From Octopus sinensis (taxonomy: Eukaryota), in assembly GCF_006345805.1 (NCBI RefSeq), contig NW_021824135.1, forward strand, positions 1-20,120: 20,120 nt of DNA, written 5' to 3'. The notes under the pieces are model-generated. The model had not been told where the DNA came from. It ran no database searches and saw nothing but the letters and a program-made list of their open reading frames with translations. How positions within the stretch are numbered: position 1 is the first letter of the stretch; each line of letters begins with the position of its first letter. Of the stretch, positions 8,966 through 18,580 are shown piece by piece. Position numbers and translations under genes: made by a program.

Positions 8966-9825
8966 TTTTTCACTTCCCGAGCGTTATACTAATACAGTCT
9001 ACACCAACTGTCTTTGTCTTTTGTTTTTGTTTTTTGTGAATTCCGCCCACTCCCTCTCTCTATATATATATATGTATGTATAGTCGGCTAATAATCCGTA
9101 TTTTTTTCATAGCTGCCATCTCTGAAGAGCAAGCGGTATTACTTAACTGAGCTATTCTCTAACATTCAAAACTATATAGTTTGATTAAGAATCAAGAGTT
9201 ATTGCCGACTTTGATGGATTTTGAGCTCGGGAACATCAAGAGCTGTAATTAAATAGGGTAAAACATTTTGTCTCATTCTCTGTAGATTCCATTAATCCAT
9301 TGCCAAAATATATAAATGCTAATAACAAAATATTCAATTTCCTTTCAGTCAACAGAAAAAATAAAATTGCAAACGAATAGAATATGAAAAATTAAACCGT
9401 ATATAATAACATGTCATTATAAAATGTCATTAAAATGTCATTAGTAAAGTAAATACACGGTAGAATAAATTACATTCACCTTTCTAATTTATTACCTTCG
9501 TATCTAAGAGAATTGAAAATAATAAAGCATCTATCTATGAAACAAAAATTGAAAATTCAGAAAAGAATAAAAATTCTCAAATCTGAGAAGGAATGAGAAA
9601 ATAACGATTTATCATAAATAAAATATAAAATATTTCACTCACTGAGCAAATAGAAGAAATATATATAAATAATTCTGTGTTGGCTTAAGTATAATTAACC
9701 TAATACGAAGTACATTTAATCTACGCTTATCATCATATGATATGTGCATGACGTGGATGTGTGTGCGTATCTATGTAAGCATATAGGTACATGTTGGTAT
9801 TTGTGTATATATATATATATATATA

Positions 9826-10199
9826 CATATATATGAAGCAATACAGATTGTGACGTTTATCCATAATCCTCAAAATTTACACGTGTGAAAAATCAGACAC
9901 AGTGAAACCGGTTAAGTATCTTTTAATTTTACTTGTTTCAGTCATTTCCCTGCGGCCATGCTGGGGCACCGGTTTTATTAGAGCAAATCGACCCCAGGAC
10001 CTATTCTTTGTAAGCCTAGTACTTATTCAATCGGTCACTTTTGTCGAACCGCTATGTTACGGGGACGTAAATACACCAGCATCGGCTGTCAAGTGATGTT
10101 GGAGGGGCAAACATAGCCACACAAACATATACACACATACATACGTATATATACATATACGTATGTATATATACATATATATACATATATATACATACG

Positions 10200-10244
<45 letters not shown>

Positions 10245-10632
10245 ATATATATATATATAACATATATATGAAGCAATACAGATTGTGACGTTTATCCATA
10301 ATCCTCAAAATTTACACGTGTGAAAAATCAGACACAGTGAAACCGGTTAAGTATCTTTTAATTTTACTTGTTTCAGTCATTTCCCTGCGGCCATGCTGGG
10401 GCACCGGTTTTATTAGAGCAAATCGACCCCAGGACCTATTCTTTGTAAGCCTAGTACTTATTCAATCGGTCACTTTTGTCGAACCGCTATGTTACGGGGA
10501 CGTAAATACACCAGCATCGGCTGTCAAGTGATGTTGGAGGGGCAAACATAGCCACACAAACATATACACACATACATACGTATATATACATATACGTATG
10601 TATATATACATATATATACATATATACATACG

Positions 10633-10685
<53 letters not shown>
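9826..10685 (+). repeat. direct tandem duplication, period 435 bp
   Basis: About 9826-10215 and 10261-10650 appear identical by eye. The identical ORFs 9902-10096 and 10337-10531 are offset by exactly 435. The junction lies in a (TA)n run. Confidence 0.95.
9919..10260 (-). mobile_element. 3' half of a CORE-type SINE (duplicated copy)
   Basis: Identical to about 10354-10650; it ends in the internal TA microsatellite of the element. Confidence 0.75.
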
Positions 10686-10687
<2 letters not shown>

Positions 10688-10791
10688 GACGGGCTTCTTT
10701 CAATTTCTGTCTACCAAATCCACTTACAAGTTCGGCCCGAGGCTATAGCAGAAGACACTTGCCCAAGTAGACGCAGTGGGACTGAACCCGG
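10354..10791 (-). mobile_element. CORE-type tRNA SINE with internal microsatellite, A box missing
   Basis: Minus strand CCGGGTTCAGTCCC (B box) followed by CTTGGGCAAGTGTCTT, resembling the start of the CORE domain (MIR: ACCTTGGGCAAGTCACTT); homologous to 15021-15374. Confidence 0.75.
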
Positions 10792-10904
10792 TTGGTATGG
10801 GGCTGGGAAGTGGTCAGGGCTAGTGTGTGCGTGGTAATGTGATGTGGTGTGATGTGGTGTTGTGTGGTATGGTGGTGTATGGTCTGGTGGTGTGACACAT
10901 GAAT

Positions 10905-10924
10905 GGCTTGTGTGCGTGTGCGTA

Positions 10925-10965
<41 letters not shown>

Positions 10966-11002
10966 GTATGTATGTGTATGGATAAAATGAGCGAGAAAGC
11001 GT

Positions 11003-11095
<93 letters not shown>
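10905..11095. repeat. (TG)n then (GATA)n microsatellites
   Basis: Read directly from the sequence. Confidence 0.95.
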
Positions 11096-11096
<1 letters not shown>

Positions 11097-11160
11097 TGGA
11101 TTCATTGCCTTAATTTTCTTATATATGTACCGTATATTACAACACTTTGCTCTACACCAC

Positions 11161-11900
11161 GGCGGCATCCTGTGCTTAGGTTTGAAGATGTTCGTTTTCT
11201 TTCTTTAGCTTGGGTAATATGCTAAAAATAGGACGACTTTTCTCGTGTTGAAAAAGCTTATCCATTGATTGCTAATGGTGGTAAATCTTTTTGCAATGTT
11301 CAGTGCTCTTATTAGAAGTGGGTTTTCCGTTTGACAGGTAGAGTTGTGTGAATTTGTTCGCCTTTTTGTTCTTCACATTGTTCAAACTGTCGATATTTTT
11401 ATCACTCCTTCTAACTCATTGCCGTTGGATTCATAAATTTGCATTTGATGTCTGCTAAGAAGTTAGTTTTGTGGCTTTTCATTGTGATGTACGGCTGTCG
11501 TCTGACTAAGCAACTTCCTTCTATCTGTAAATTTCTTAATTTCTTGGCTTCTCAATTGATTGCATTGTATGTATTGACGCTTGCAGTTTTATGTTTTAGC
11601 TATGCTCATCAAAAGAACTTTTCTTTAGTGGATGTCATTGCTTTTGTGCGTAGAGATTTTTGCTTTCTTTATGTATTTATTTTTATAACATTAGTAATAT
11701 TATGTCTAAATGTAGTTGAATTTCGAATTTTTTTTTCCATAATTCTTTGATATGAGCTTCTTTGTCGTGTCGATGTGATCTGCTTCGAATTTTTCTCACT
11801 CTTTAAATTGTGACAGAATATTGCATATTTTAAAACTAAACTTTTTACATGAAGGTGCATCATCATTGTATTTTATGTGGTGGTTCGCTTTACAGCGCAT
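11161..11900 (-). mobile_element. decayed Penelope-like element (PLE) ORF, N-terminal part of the reverse transcriptase
   Basis: Minus-strand peptides AIN*EAKKLRNLQIEGSCLVRRQPYITMKSHKTNFLADIKCKFMNPTAMS (YITMKSHK at 11491-11468) and LLIRALNIAKRFTTISNQWISFFNTRKVVLF (about 11320-11225). They resemble the PLE RT segments YITLKDHKxxFxxxxxCRLINP and LLxxALxxAK...RKSLLF. Multiple stops and frameshifts; boundaries approximate. Confidence 0.65.
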
Positions 11901-12409
11901 ATGTTTGATCACATTTCCATCATTTTGAATAAGACATTCCAGGTACATCTTTCTAGTTGGGAGAGGCATGTTTTTGATAGATGACCGAGTGTTTAGTGTT
12001 CCATATCCAGTTAAGTCCTCGCTACAAAAGACGTAGACATCAAGATCAAGGTAATACAAGACATATCAAACAACTGCAAAATACTTTAAGACAGTTCCTG
12101 CCTGATATCGCAACCGTATAAAAAAGTCGTGTGCAGAGTTCATAAGCACATATAATCCTACGCATCTTTTTTTAATACGGTAGGATGTGGTTTGAAGAGA
12201 ATTTCACAGCTATATCTAGCATATCAGGAGACTACCTTAAGACTCTCTCCTTCAATCCTTGTAGAAAGGTGAAATGGCAAAGGAGATATTGTACTAAGAG
12301 TACCAGTTTATGGATTGTCAGTTTTAACCCTCGTTATGTCTTATGTCGTGTTTCTGTGAAGAACTTGTTACTCTCGATTCCTCGGGCAACCAATTTGTTG
12401 CGGATATTC

Positions 12410-14562
12410 GCTGCTCACTCTCACATAGACTAAGGGCGATGAAAAACTTGGCTCACTCCCCACCAAGAAAGTATTTGTCCGAAATGTCAGAAAGCATTCA
12501 AAAATGGTATACGATATCAAGAAAGTTTACACTTCACCAGTAACATGTGTGCATGCGTGTGTTTGTGTATTTCTACTATATGGCTCAGAAACCTGGACGT
12601 TATCAAAGAAGCTTGAGAGGCGGTTGGATGGAACTTACACTCGCCTCCTTATGGGAGCTCAAAATCTCTCGTGGAAGCGTCATCCAACCAAAGTACAAAT
12701 ATATGGGAAACTACTACCTGTATCATCTCTTGTGAAAGGTAGAAGAGTCCAGTTTGCTGGACATTGTTGTAGAGCTGAAAACGAGTTAATTTCTACTCTT
12801 CTCCTCTGGAAGCCATCTGCTCGCGATACCAGAGGGCGCACACTCTCCTACCCTGATGTAATCTCCAGGGATACAGGCATCCAGCAACAGGACCTCCGTA
12901 ATGCTATGATAGACCGTGAAGTCTGGCGTAACATAGTAAATTCCATTGTCTCGACCACAGTCGAACAATGATGATGATTGTGTATTTCCCATCAAATCAT
13001 TGGATTAGCTAAAGAAAGATGGCACCATTAAAAGTAATATTCTCAGAAATTTACCCTCAACAGAATAGTGTCTTACCTAGTTAATTTTCCAGAAACTGGA
13101 ATAATCACTCAACCAATGAACTCCTAAAATAAACTTCAAGTTTCCTTAACATGTAGCTGCCACTTTGTATAATCGAAATCCTTCCATTAAAGCAGAACTA
13201 TGAAACCCAATATTGGCATCACAGATCTGAAATATAAAATCAATGTCCAATTTTTTTTCTTTTAGAGAATCGATACATCCAGACATTTCTTAAGCGATCG
13301 ATGTATGGATTGGATTTTAGCATTAACACTGTTACCTTTACTTCGTATTTAATTGCTTTCTTTAAATATTTTTCATTCGGTTACCTAGGCATTCGTCTGA
13401 TGCGCCTTTGATGTTTTTTTTTCCGTTAATATGTTGTTTAAAGTTTTCGTGGGGCCAACTTTGACGTTATTTTTATTAAGTAAACTCCAGACATTACATT
13501 TTTTATTAGGGCTACAAAACTTTTAACTATATACGAGGATATATTTTCCCTGAAGGTATTTCTACGTTTATTTCCTTTGTTCTCACGCTTGGGTAACAAG
13601 CATTTCCCTCTTTTTAATCCACTTTTATTTGGTAATGCGTTATAGTAACAACTGGCAACTGTTTTGAAAGTGTCCCTATTTAATGAAGCATTAGCTATTC
13701 TTTATCTAATTAAATTTCTGTTTATATTGGCAAGGTAATGAGAATATTTATCTACATTAGCTTCTTAGCTTTCAATTTTGATATCATATTTACAGGTCTC
13801 AGGGCAGAATCTTATATCTTGGGTGAGATATATTTTGTAATTCACTCTAATTACAATAGAACTGCTTCAATGGATTAATACCTTAAGAGCATTTACAAAA
13901 TCTTAAAGCTGATTTACATCTGTTAGTCTTTTAGAGGTGAAACTTTTAATATATGTCAATCTTGTATAGAAAACAACAACTGACGTTCACTCATGATCAG
14001 CTTGTATACAGACTTTAAAATTTTTCAGATTGTAATAGATTTTTAAAGGTCTAAATAAAAGAACGGGAGGCCTTTTGAGAACAGGCCTTTTGAGACTGGT
14101 GAAAATTATGCTTAAGTTGGTGTCAAGTACATTATTAATGTGTGTGATGTAACGATACAAAGAAATTTGGTTTCATATCAAGAAAATTAGATTTTGCTTT
14201 CAGTATATACCAAGCTTACATACACTAGCTCCATTTTGGCTGTTCATACCGACATCTAGTGTTGTGTGTCATTACGGATTTTCGCCAAACTGGAGCCGTT
14301 GAGGAAAAGCAGAGATCTCCTAATATGCATTATTATATCGGCATTATTACTTTTAACGGTGCTATCTTTCTTAGCTAATCCAATGATTTGATGGGAAATA
14401 CACAAACACATACATGCACACATGTTACTGGCGAAGTGTAAACTTTTTTGATATCGTATATCATTTTTTGAATAGTTTCTGATATTTCGGACAAATACTT
14501 TCTTGGTGGGGAGCGAGCCAAGTTTTTTTTTATCGCCCTTAGTCTATGTGAGAGTGAGCAGC
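12410..14562. mobile_element. probable non-autonomous DNA transposon with ~215-bp terminal inverted repeats
   Basis: The left TIR (12410-12573 joined to 12989-13039) matches the reverse complement of 14345-14562 at roughly 92%, with mostly transition differences. No transposase is recognisable inside and no outer TSD is visible. Confidence 0.8.
12574..12977 (+). mobile_element. 5'-truncated RTE-clade LINE with (TGA)n tail and 11-bp TSD
   Basis: Open frame LLYGSETWTLSKKLERRLDGTYTRLL...RRVQFAGHCCRA...LLLWKP...RGR...RNAMIDREVWR...EQ* (stop 12969-12971), typical of the RTE RT C-terminus. TTGTGTATTTC occurs at 12563-12573 and 12978-12988. Confidence 0.92.
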
Positions 14563-14861
14563 AAAAAATTACAGAAAATGGCAGACAAATAGTCGTTGTA
14601 CATTTTCACAGGATGGAAGTGCGGGTGGGGGTGCAGAAAGGAAAAGAATTTGGAAGCTAGTTAAGTTGGAGGTAGAGAGAATAAGGAAGGGATTATTTAG
14701 CTATTTCAAGAAGGAGATTGTTTTTTTCGTTGGCCAGTTCAGTAACCACTGTAAACGGCTTATCAACAGCAATACTGATATACATCTTTGCGCATACATA
14801 TACAAACCGGCTGAAAGATAGCATCTTAAGCAAGAAGTAAAGACACGAAGAAAAATGTTTT

Positions 14862-15010
14862 GGCGTAGCTGTGTGGTTGAGAATCTTGCTTCCCAACAAA
14901 AAAGGTCTTAGGTTCAATCCCACTGTGCGGCACACAGAGCAAGTGTCTTCTGCTTTAGCTCCGGGCCGAATGAAACTTTGTATGTAGATTTCATAGATGA
15001 TAACTGAAAG
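14862..15010 (+). mobile_element. 5' half (tRNA head plus CORE-like region) of the CORE-type SINE
   Basis: GGCGTAGCTGTGTGGTTGAG (A-box-like), GGTTCAATCC 14911-14920 (B box), GAGCAAGTGTCTT. Confidence 0.65.
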
Positions 15011-15020
15011 CTCGTCGAGA

Positions 15021-15374
15021 TGTGGATGTGTGTTAAGAAGTTTGCTTCCCAACCACATGGTCCCCGGTTCAGTTCGACTGCGTGGTACCTTGGGCAAGTA
15101 TCTTCTAATATAACCCTGGGCCAGCAAACGCCTTGTTAGTGAATTATTTGACAGCCGGAAACACAAGTGTGGGTGTGTTTGTGTTTGTCCCCCACCACCA
15201 CTTGACAACCTGTGTTCGTTTACGTCCCCGAAAACATAGTGGCTCGGCAAAAGAGACCGATAGAATAAGTAGCGAGCTTTAAAAGTAAGTCCTGGAATTG
15301 ATTTCTTTCTACTAAACTCTTCTAGGTGATGCCCCAGCATGGCCACAGCTCAATGGCAGAAACAAGTTAAAGAT
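15021..15374 (+). mobile_element. CORE-type tRNA SINE, near full length, diverged
   Basis: B-box-like GGTTCAGTTC 15066-15075; GTACCTTGGGCAAGTATCTT; 3' end CCCCAGCATGGCCACAGCTCAATGGCAGAAACAAG. Reverse-complement homolog of 10354-10791. Confidence 0.75.
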
Positions 15375-15996
15375 CTGCGAAGGCAGCTTTAAAAGCTTTT
15401 TGTTCAACATTAAGTCCACCACCATCAAGCTGACAGGAGAGAAAAGCAGTTTTATGTCAATTGACCATTTCGAGTTTAACTATTTCGAACTTTCTATTTA
15501 AACATAGTGATAATGCTAATTACGCATTGCAGAGAAATATAATATCATCACAAAACAAACCGAGAAAAGAAAAGAAAAGAAATAATCTCTAAATGCTGTC
15601 ACAGAACGAAGTCTACCGAGAAAATTTGAAACATGAAATAGAACCGGGATGTAAACAAATGAGACCGAAAAGATGTTTACAATACAAACCTTAACACAGC
15701 ACTGAATACCTATGATAATTCCACAACTCTTTTCTGAAACTTTCTTACTTGATATGCCATCTAAGCATTTCTTCAGAGGAAAACCTAAAGGAATCAACTT
15801 GAACAATAAAAAATATATCTTTCCGCTACTAAAGTATTAAAGTAGTCTTTCCTGTGATTGTGTTAATACTTGTAAACAAACGATCATAGAAACATACGCA
15901 CACACTCATATATACGCCTAAGTTTAAATAGTACGTTTATATTTCTAGTTTTATACATATCTGTGTGTGAGAGTGTGTGTGTTTATATATATATAT

Positions 15997-16028
<32 letters not shown>

Positions 16029-16149
16029 GAAGAAGAGCGAGACAAACACACATACACAAACACATATACACACACATATATATATAAATATATATTATCA
16101 TTGTGGTGGTTGTTGTGGTTGTTGTTAAAGCGTAATTGTTAAACTGTCA

Positions 16150-16330
16150 CAAGAAACGTTTTGCGGTATTTATTGCAACTCTCTATGTTCTGTGATCAAA
16201 TCCCACTGAGGTCATCTTTGTCCTTCATACTTCCGGGGTCGTTAAAATAAAGTGCTAGTCAAGCTTTGGAGTTGCTGAAATTGTCTGCCCTCCCCCTCGC
16301 CCCCGCCCCCCTCCCACTAAATTGCTGGCC
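16150..16330 (+). mobile_element. degraded family B SINE
   Basis: TGCGGTATTT...GATCAAATCCCACTGAGGTC...CTTCATACTTCCGGGGTCGTTAAAATAAAG...AAATTGCTGGCCT aligns loosely with 17293-17495. Confidence 0.5.
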
Positions 16331-16374
16331 TCATCATCATCATCATCATCGTCACCATCATCATTATAAGTACG

Positions 16375-16565
16375 ATGGATTGGTAGGATCGTTAGAACAT
16401 CGAAAAATTACTTTTCAGTATTTACTCCGGCTCTTTACGGTCTGAGTTCAATCCCGGGATAGTCAATTTTGCTTTTGTTCATCGACAAAATAAAAGATAC
16501 TGGGATTTTTTTATCATCCCTCTTCAAAAAACTAATGGTTTTGTTCCTAAATTAGAGATATTGTT
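16375..16565 (+). mobile_element. degraded family B SINE running into a (TTA)n tail
   Basis: TGGTAGGATCGTTAG ... GTCTGAGTTCAATCCCGG ... TTTTGTTCCTAAATTAGAGATATTGTTATTAT; similar to 17293-17495. Confidence 0.5.
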
Positions 16566-16611
16566 ATTATTTTTTTATTATTGTTATTATTATTATTGTT
16601 GTTGTTGTTAT

Positions 16612-17165
16612 TTACTTTTAATCTGTATGTTTGTAACAATCATTTGCCGAGATACACCCAGCGTCCTAGGGCGAGTGAAGGATAAGAGATGTTGCAGTAT
16701 GACTGAAAGCTTGAGGAGGGCAAGTGGCAGGGGCAGTAGAGAAATATCTTCATGTAATACAACACAGACATTTAAATGGATAGGGTTTTTCTAAGGATGT
16801 TGGCAGTACTTGTTAGCACAATCTTTTGGATTCCTCTGAGACATGGTCCTCCTATTTTTGACATCCCTTATCATACCTAGGTTACCCACAGTAACAGGAA
16901 CAGTTCTCGCTTTAAGATGCTACATCTCTTGTATTTCAATTTCTAGGTCCTTCTATTCACTTAATTTGTCTAATTCCTTTACAGATATATTCTTATCAGT
17001 GGAAACACTTACATTTGTTAGTCTACAAGTATTATCTTCCCTATCTTTAATGACTATGTCTGGTCGATTAGCCTAGATCGTTCTGTCGATGTTGTTGACT
17101 GGAAAAACCCAGAGGATAGTAACATTTTTACCATCAACGTTTGGCTCAGGGTGATGTTTCTACCA
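16612..17165 (-). mobile_element. 5'-truncated R4/Dong-type LINE (RLE domain, stop codon, 3' UTR)
   Basis: Minus-strand peptides W*KHHPEPNVDGKNVTILWVFPVN..RTI*ANRPDIVIKDREDNTCRLTNVSVSTDKNISVKELDKLSE*KDLEIEIQEM*HLKARTVPVTVGNLGMIR and, after a deletion, GPCLRGIQKIVLTSTANILRKTLSI* (stop 16772-16774). TAA-type arrays flank both sides. Confidence 0.9.
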
Positions 17166-17166
17166 G

Positions 17167-17186
17167 TATTATTATTATTATTATTA

Positions 17187-17260
<74 letters not shown>

Positions 17261-17283
17261 TAAGGTATCATCATCATTATTAT
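17167..17283. repeat. (ATT)n/(TAA)n array
   Basis: Read directly. Further arrays lie at about 17685-17733, 17950-18028, 18581-18735 and 19302-19660. Confidence 0.95.
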
Positions 17284-17292
17284 TTAAGGAAA

Positions 17293-17495
17293 GGTGGCGG
17301 GCTGGTAGAATCGTTACCGCGCCGGGCAAAATTTCTTCCGTCTTTACGTTCTGAGTTCAAATTCTGCCGAGGTCGACTTTATCTTTCATCCTTTCGGAGC
17401 AATAAAATGATTATTAGTTGTGTACTGGGGTCGATGTAATCGACTATCCCCTCCCCTAAATTCAGGCTTTGTGCCTATATAGAAACGATTATTAT
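17293..17495 (+). mobile_element. tRNA-derived SINE, family B tail
   Basis: GGTGGCGGGCTGGTAGAATCGTT (A box), GAGTTCAAATTCT (B box), GTCGACTTT..., CCCCTCCCCTAAATTCAGGCTTTGTGCC...GATTATTAT. Confidence 0.85.
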
Positions 17496-17502
17496 CATTT
17501 AT

Positions 17503-17690
17503 GGCAGCAAGGTGGCAGAATCGTTAACACGCCGCTACGTTCTGAGTTCAAATTCCGCCGAGGTCGACTTTGCCTCTCATCCTTCCGAGGTCAATGAAAT
17601 AGGTGCTAGTTACGCACTGGGATCAATGTAACCGACTAGACCCCTCCCCACAAAATTTCAGGCCTTGTGCCTTTAGTAGAAAAGATTATT
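17503..17690 (+). mobile_element. tRNA-derived SINE, family B tail, internal deletion between A and B boxes
   Basis: GGTGGCAGAATCGTT, GAGTTCAAATTCCGCCGAGGTCGAC, CAAAATTTCAGGCCTTGTGCCTTTAGTAGAAAAG, then (ATT)n. Confidence 0.85.
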
Positions 17691-17697
17691 ATTATTG

Positions 17698-17733
<36 letters not shown>

Positions 17734-17734
<1 letters not shown>

Positions 17735-17947
17735 TTTTTTTCTTCTTTCAAATTTGCTTCCATTTCTTGCCGAGTGTCTTCCCGACTCTTAGGGCAAAGA
17801 AACTCATAGTATACATTGGTAGGCCATTAAACCAAACTCAATAGTTCGTTCATTTTTTTTTTTTAAAGTTAAATTAAAATACATGAGCAGCAACAGTTCT
17901 CACATCGACAATGCTCTTCTCAATACGTGGGATGTACCAGTTAAGAC

Positions 17948-17950
<3 letters not shown>
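17734..17950 (-). mobile_element. very short 5'-truncated R4/Dong-type LINE end
   Basis: Minus strand IVLTGTSHVLRRALSM* (stop 17900-17902), homologous to the C-termini of the 16.6-kb and 18.7-kb copies; then a 3' UTR and a (TAA)n tail. Confidence 0.8.
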
Positions 17951-18028
<78 letters not shown>

Positions 18029-18580
18029 GAGTGAGAGAGCAGTGCATGCTATCAAAGTGACACTGGGGTAAAATATACGAAGCCCAGTATACCCATCATG
18101 ACTACCCGTCTAATAAGGGTACACTAAGCACATGCATCACAGCCATATGTGCGCGATGTTGTGATCTTATAACAAGATAAACAACACATGACCTTGCAGG
18201 TGGGGCCCAGTTAGAATTTTCTTCTGGTCGAGTAGCCCATCCCGCTCAAAGAGTCCCTGAATAAGGGTTGTTTAAGGATGTTGAACAAAACACCCATGTT
18301 TCCAGAGGGGAATTATTCAAACCCCAAAGAATCCCTCTCAACACATGGCTATGATGCTCCCTCATTACTTCTGCTCGTGATCAGAGATGCACATATTGTC
18401 TGCCACTAAGGGACATGGTCAACTGGTTAAGGTCAAACAACTGAAAAGCAAATTTGTGGTATTGAGCAGAATATTTACTGTAGCCCGTCATTTATACCAA
18501 GACAAAACAATGTACATAACACTTCCAATCAGTTAAGATCAGAAGGTATGAGAGCCACTGCCTAGTACTGCATCAGGGCA
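18029..18580. mobile_element. unclassified 552-bp complex insert bounded on both sides by TAA-type arrays
   Basis: High-complexity sequence starting and ending abruptly in (ATT)n. No long ORF in the track, and no TIR or Pol III boxes seen. It resembles a repeat I recall from octopus sequences, but this is unverified. Confidence 0.5.

Noticed and set aside
9902-10531. Two identical 64-aa ORFs with a signal-peptide-like start (MKPVKYLLILLVSVISL)
   Set aside because: They are antisense readings of the duplicated SINE 3' half.
12170-12260. Minus-strand GAGAGAG...GCTAGATATAGC...TTCTCTTC, loosely resembling P2 and P4 of an HDV-like ribozyme or a retroposon 3' end
   Set aside because: The P3/L3 motif and P1 pairing are not present in this copy; it is too degraded to call.
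12470-12540. CPKCQKAFK...H zinc-finger-like peptide in one plus frame
   Set aside because: It lies inside the left TIR, the right TIR copy does not preserve the frame, and the C2H2 histidine spacing is wrong.
12504-12971. 155-aa ORF as a host gene
   Set aside because: It is a chimera: the first ~22 codons come from the TIR and TSD, and the rest is the truncated RTE RT C-terminus.
14693-15346. Longest ORF in the window (217 aa, minus)
   Set aside because: It is mostly an antisense reading of two CORE-type SINE copies, with no recognisable domain.
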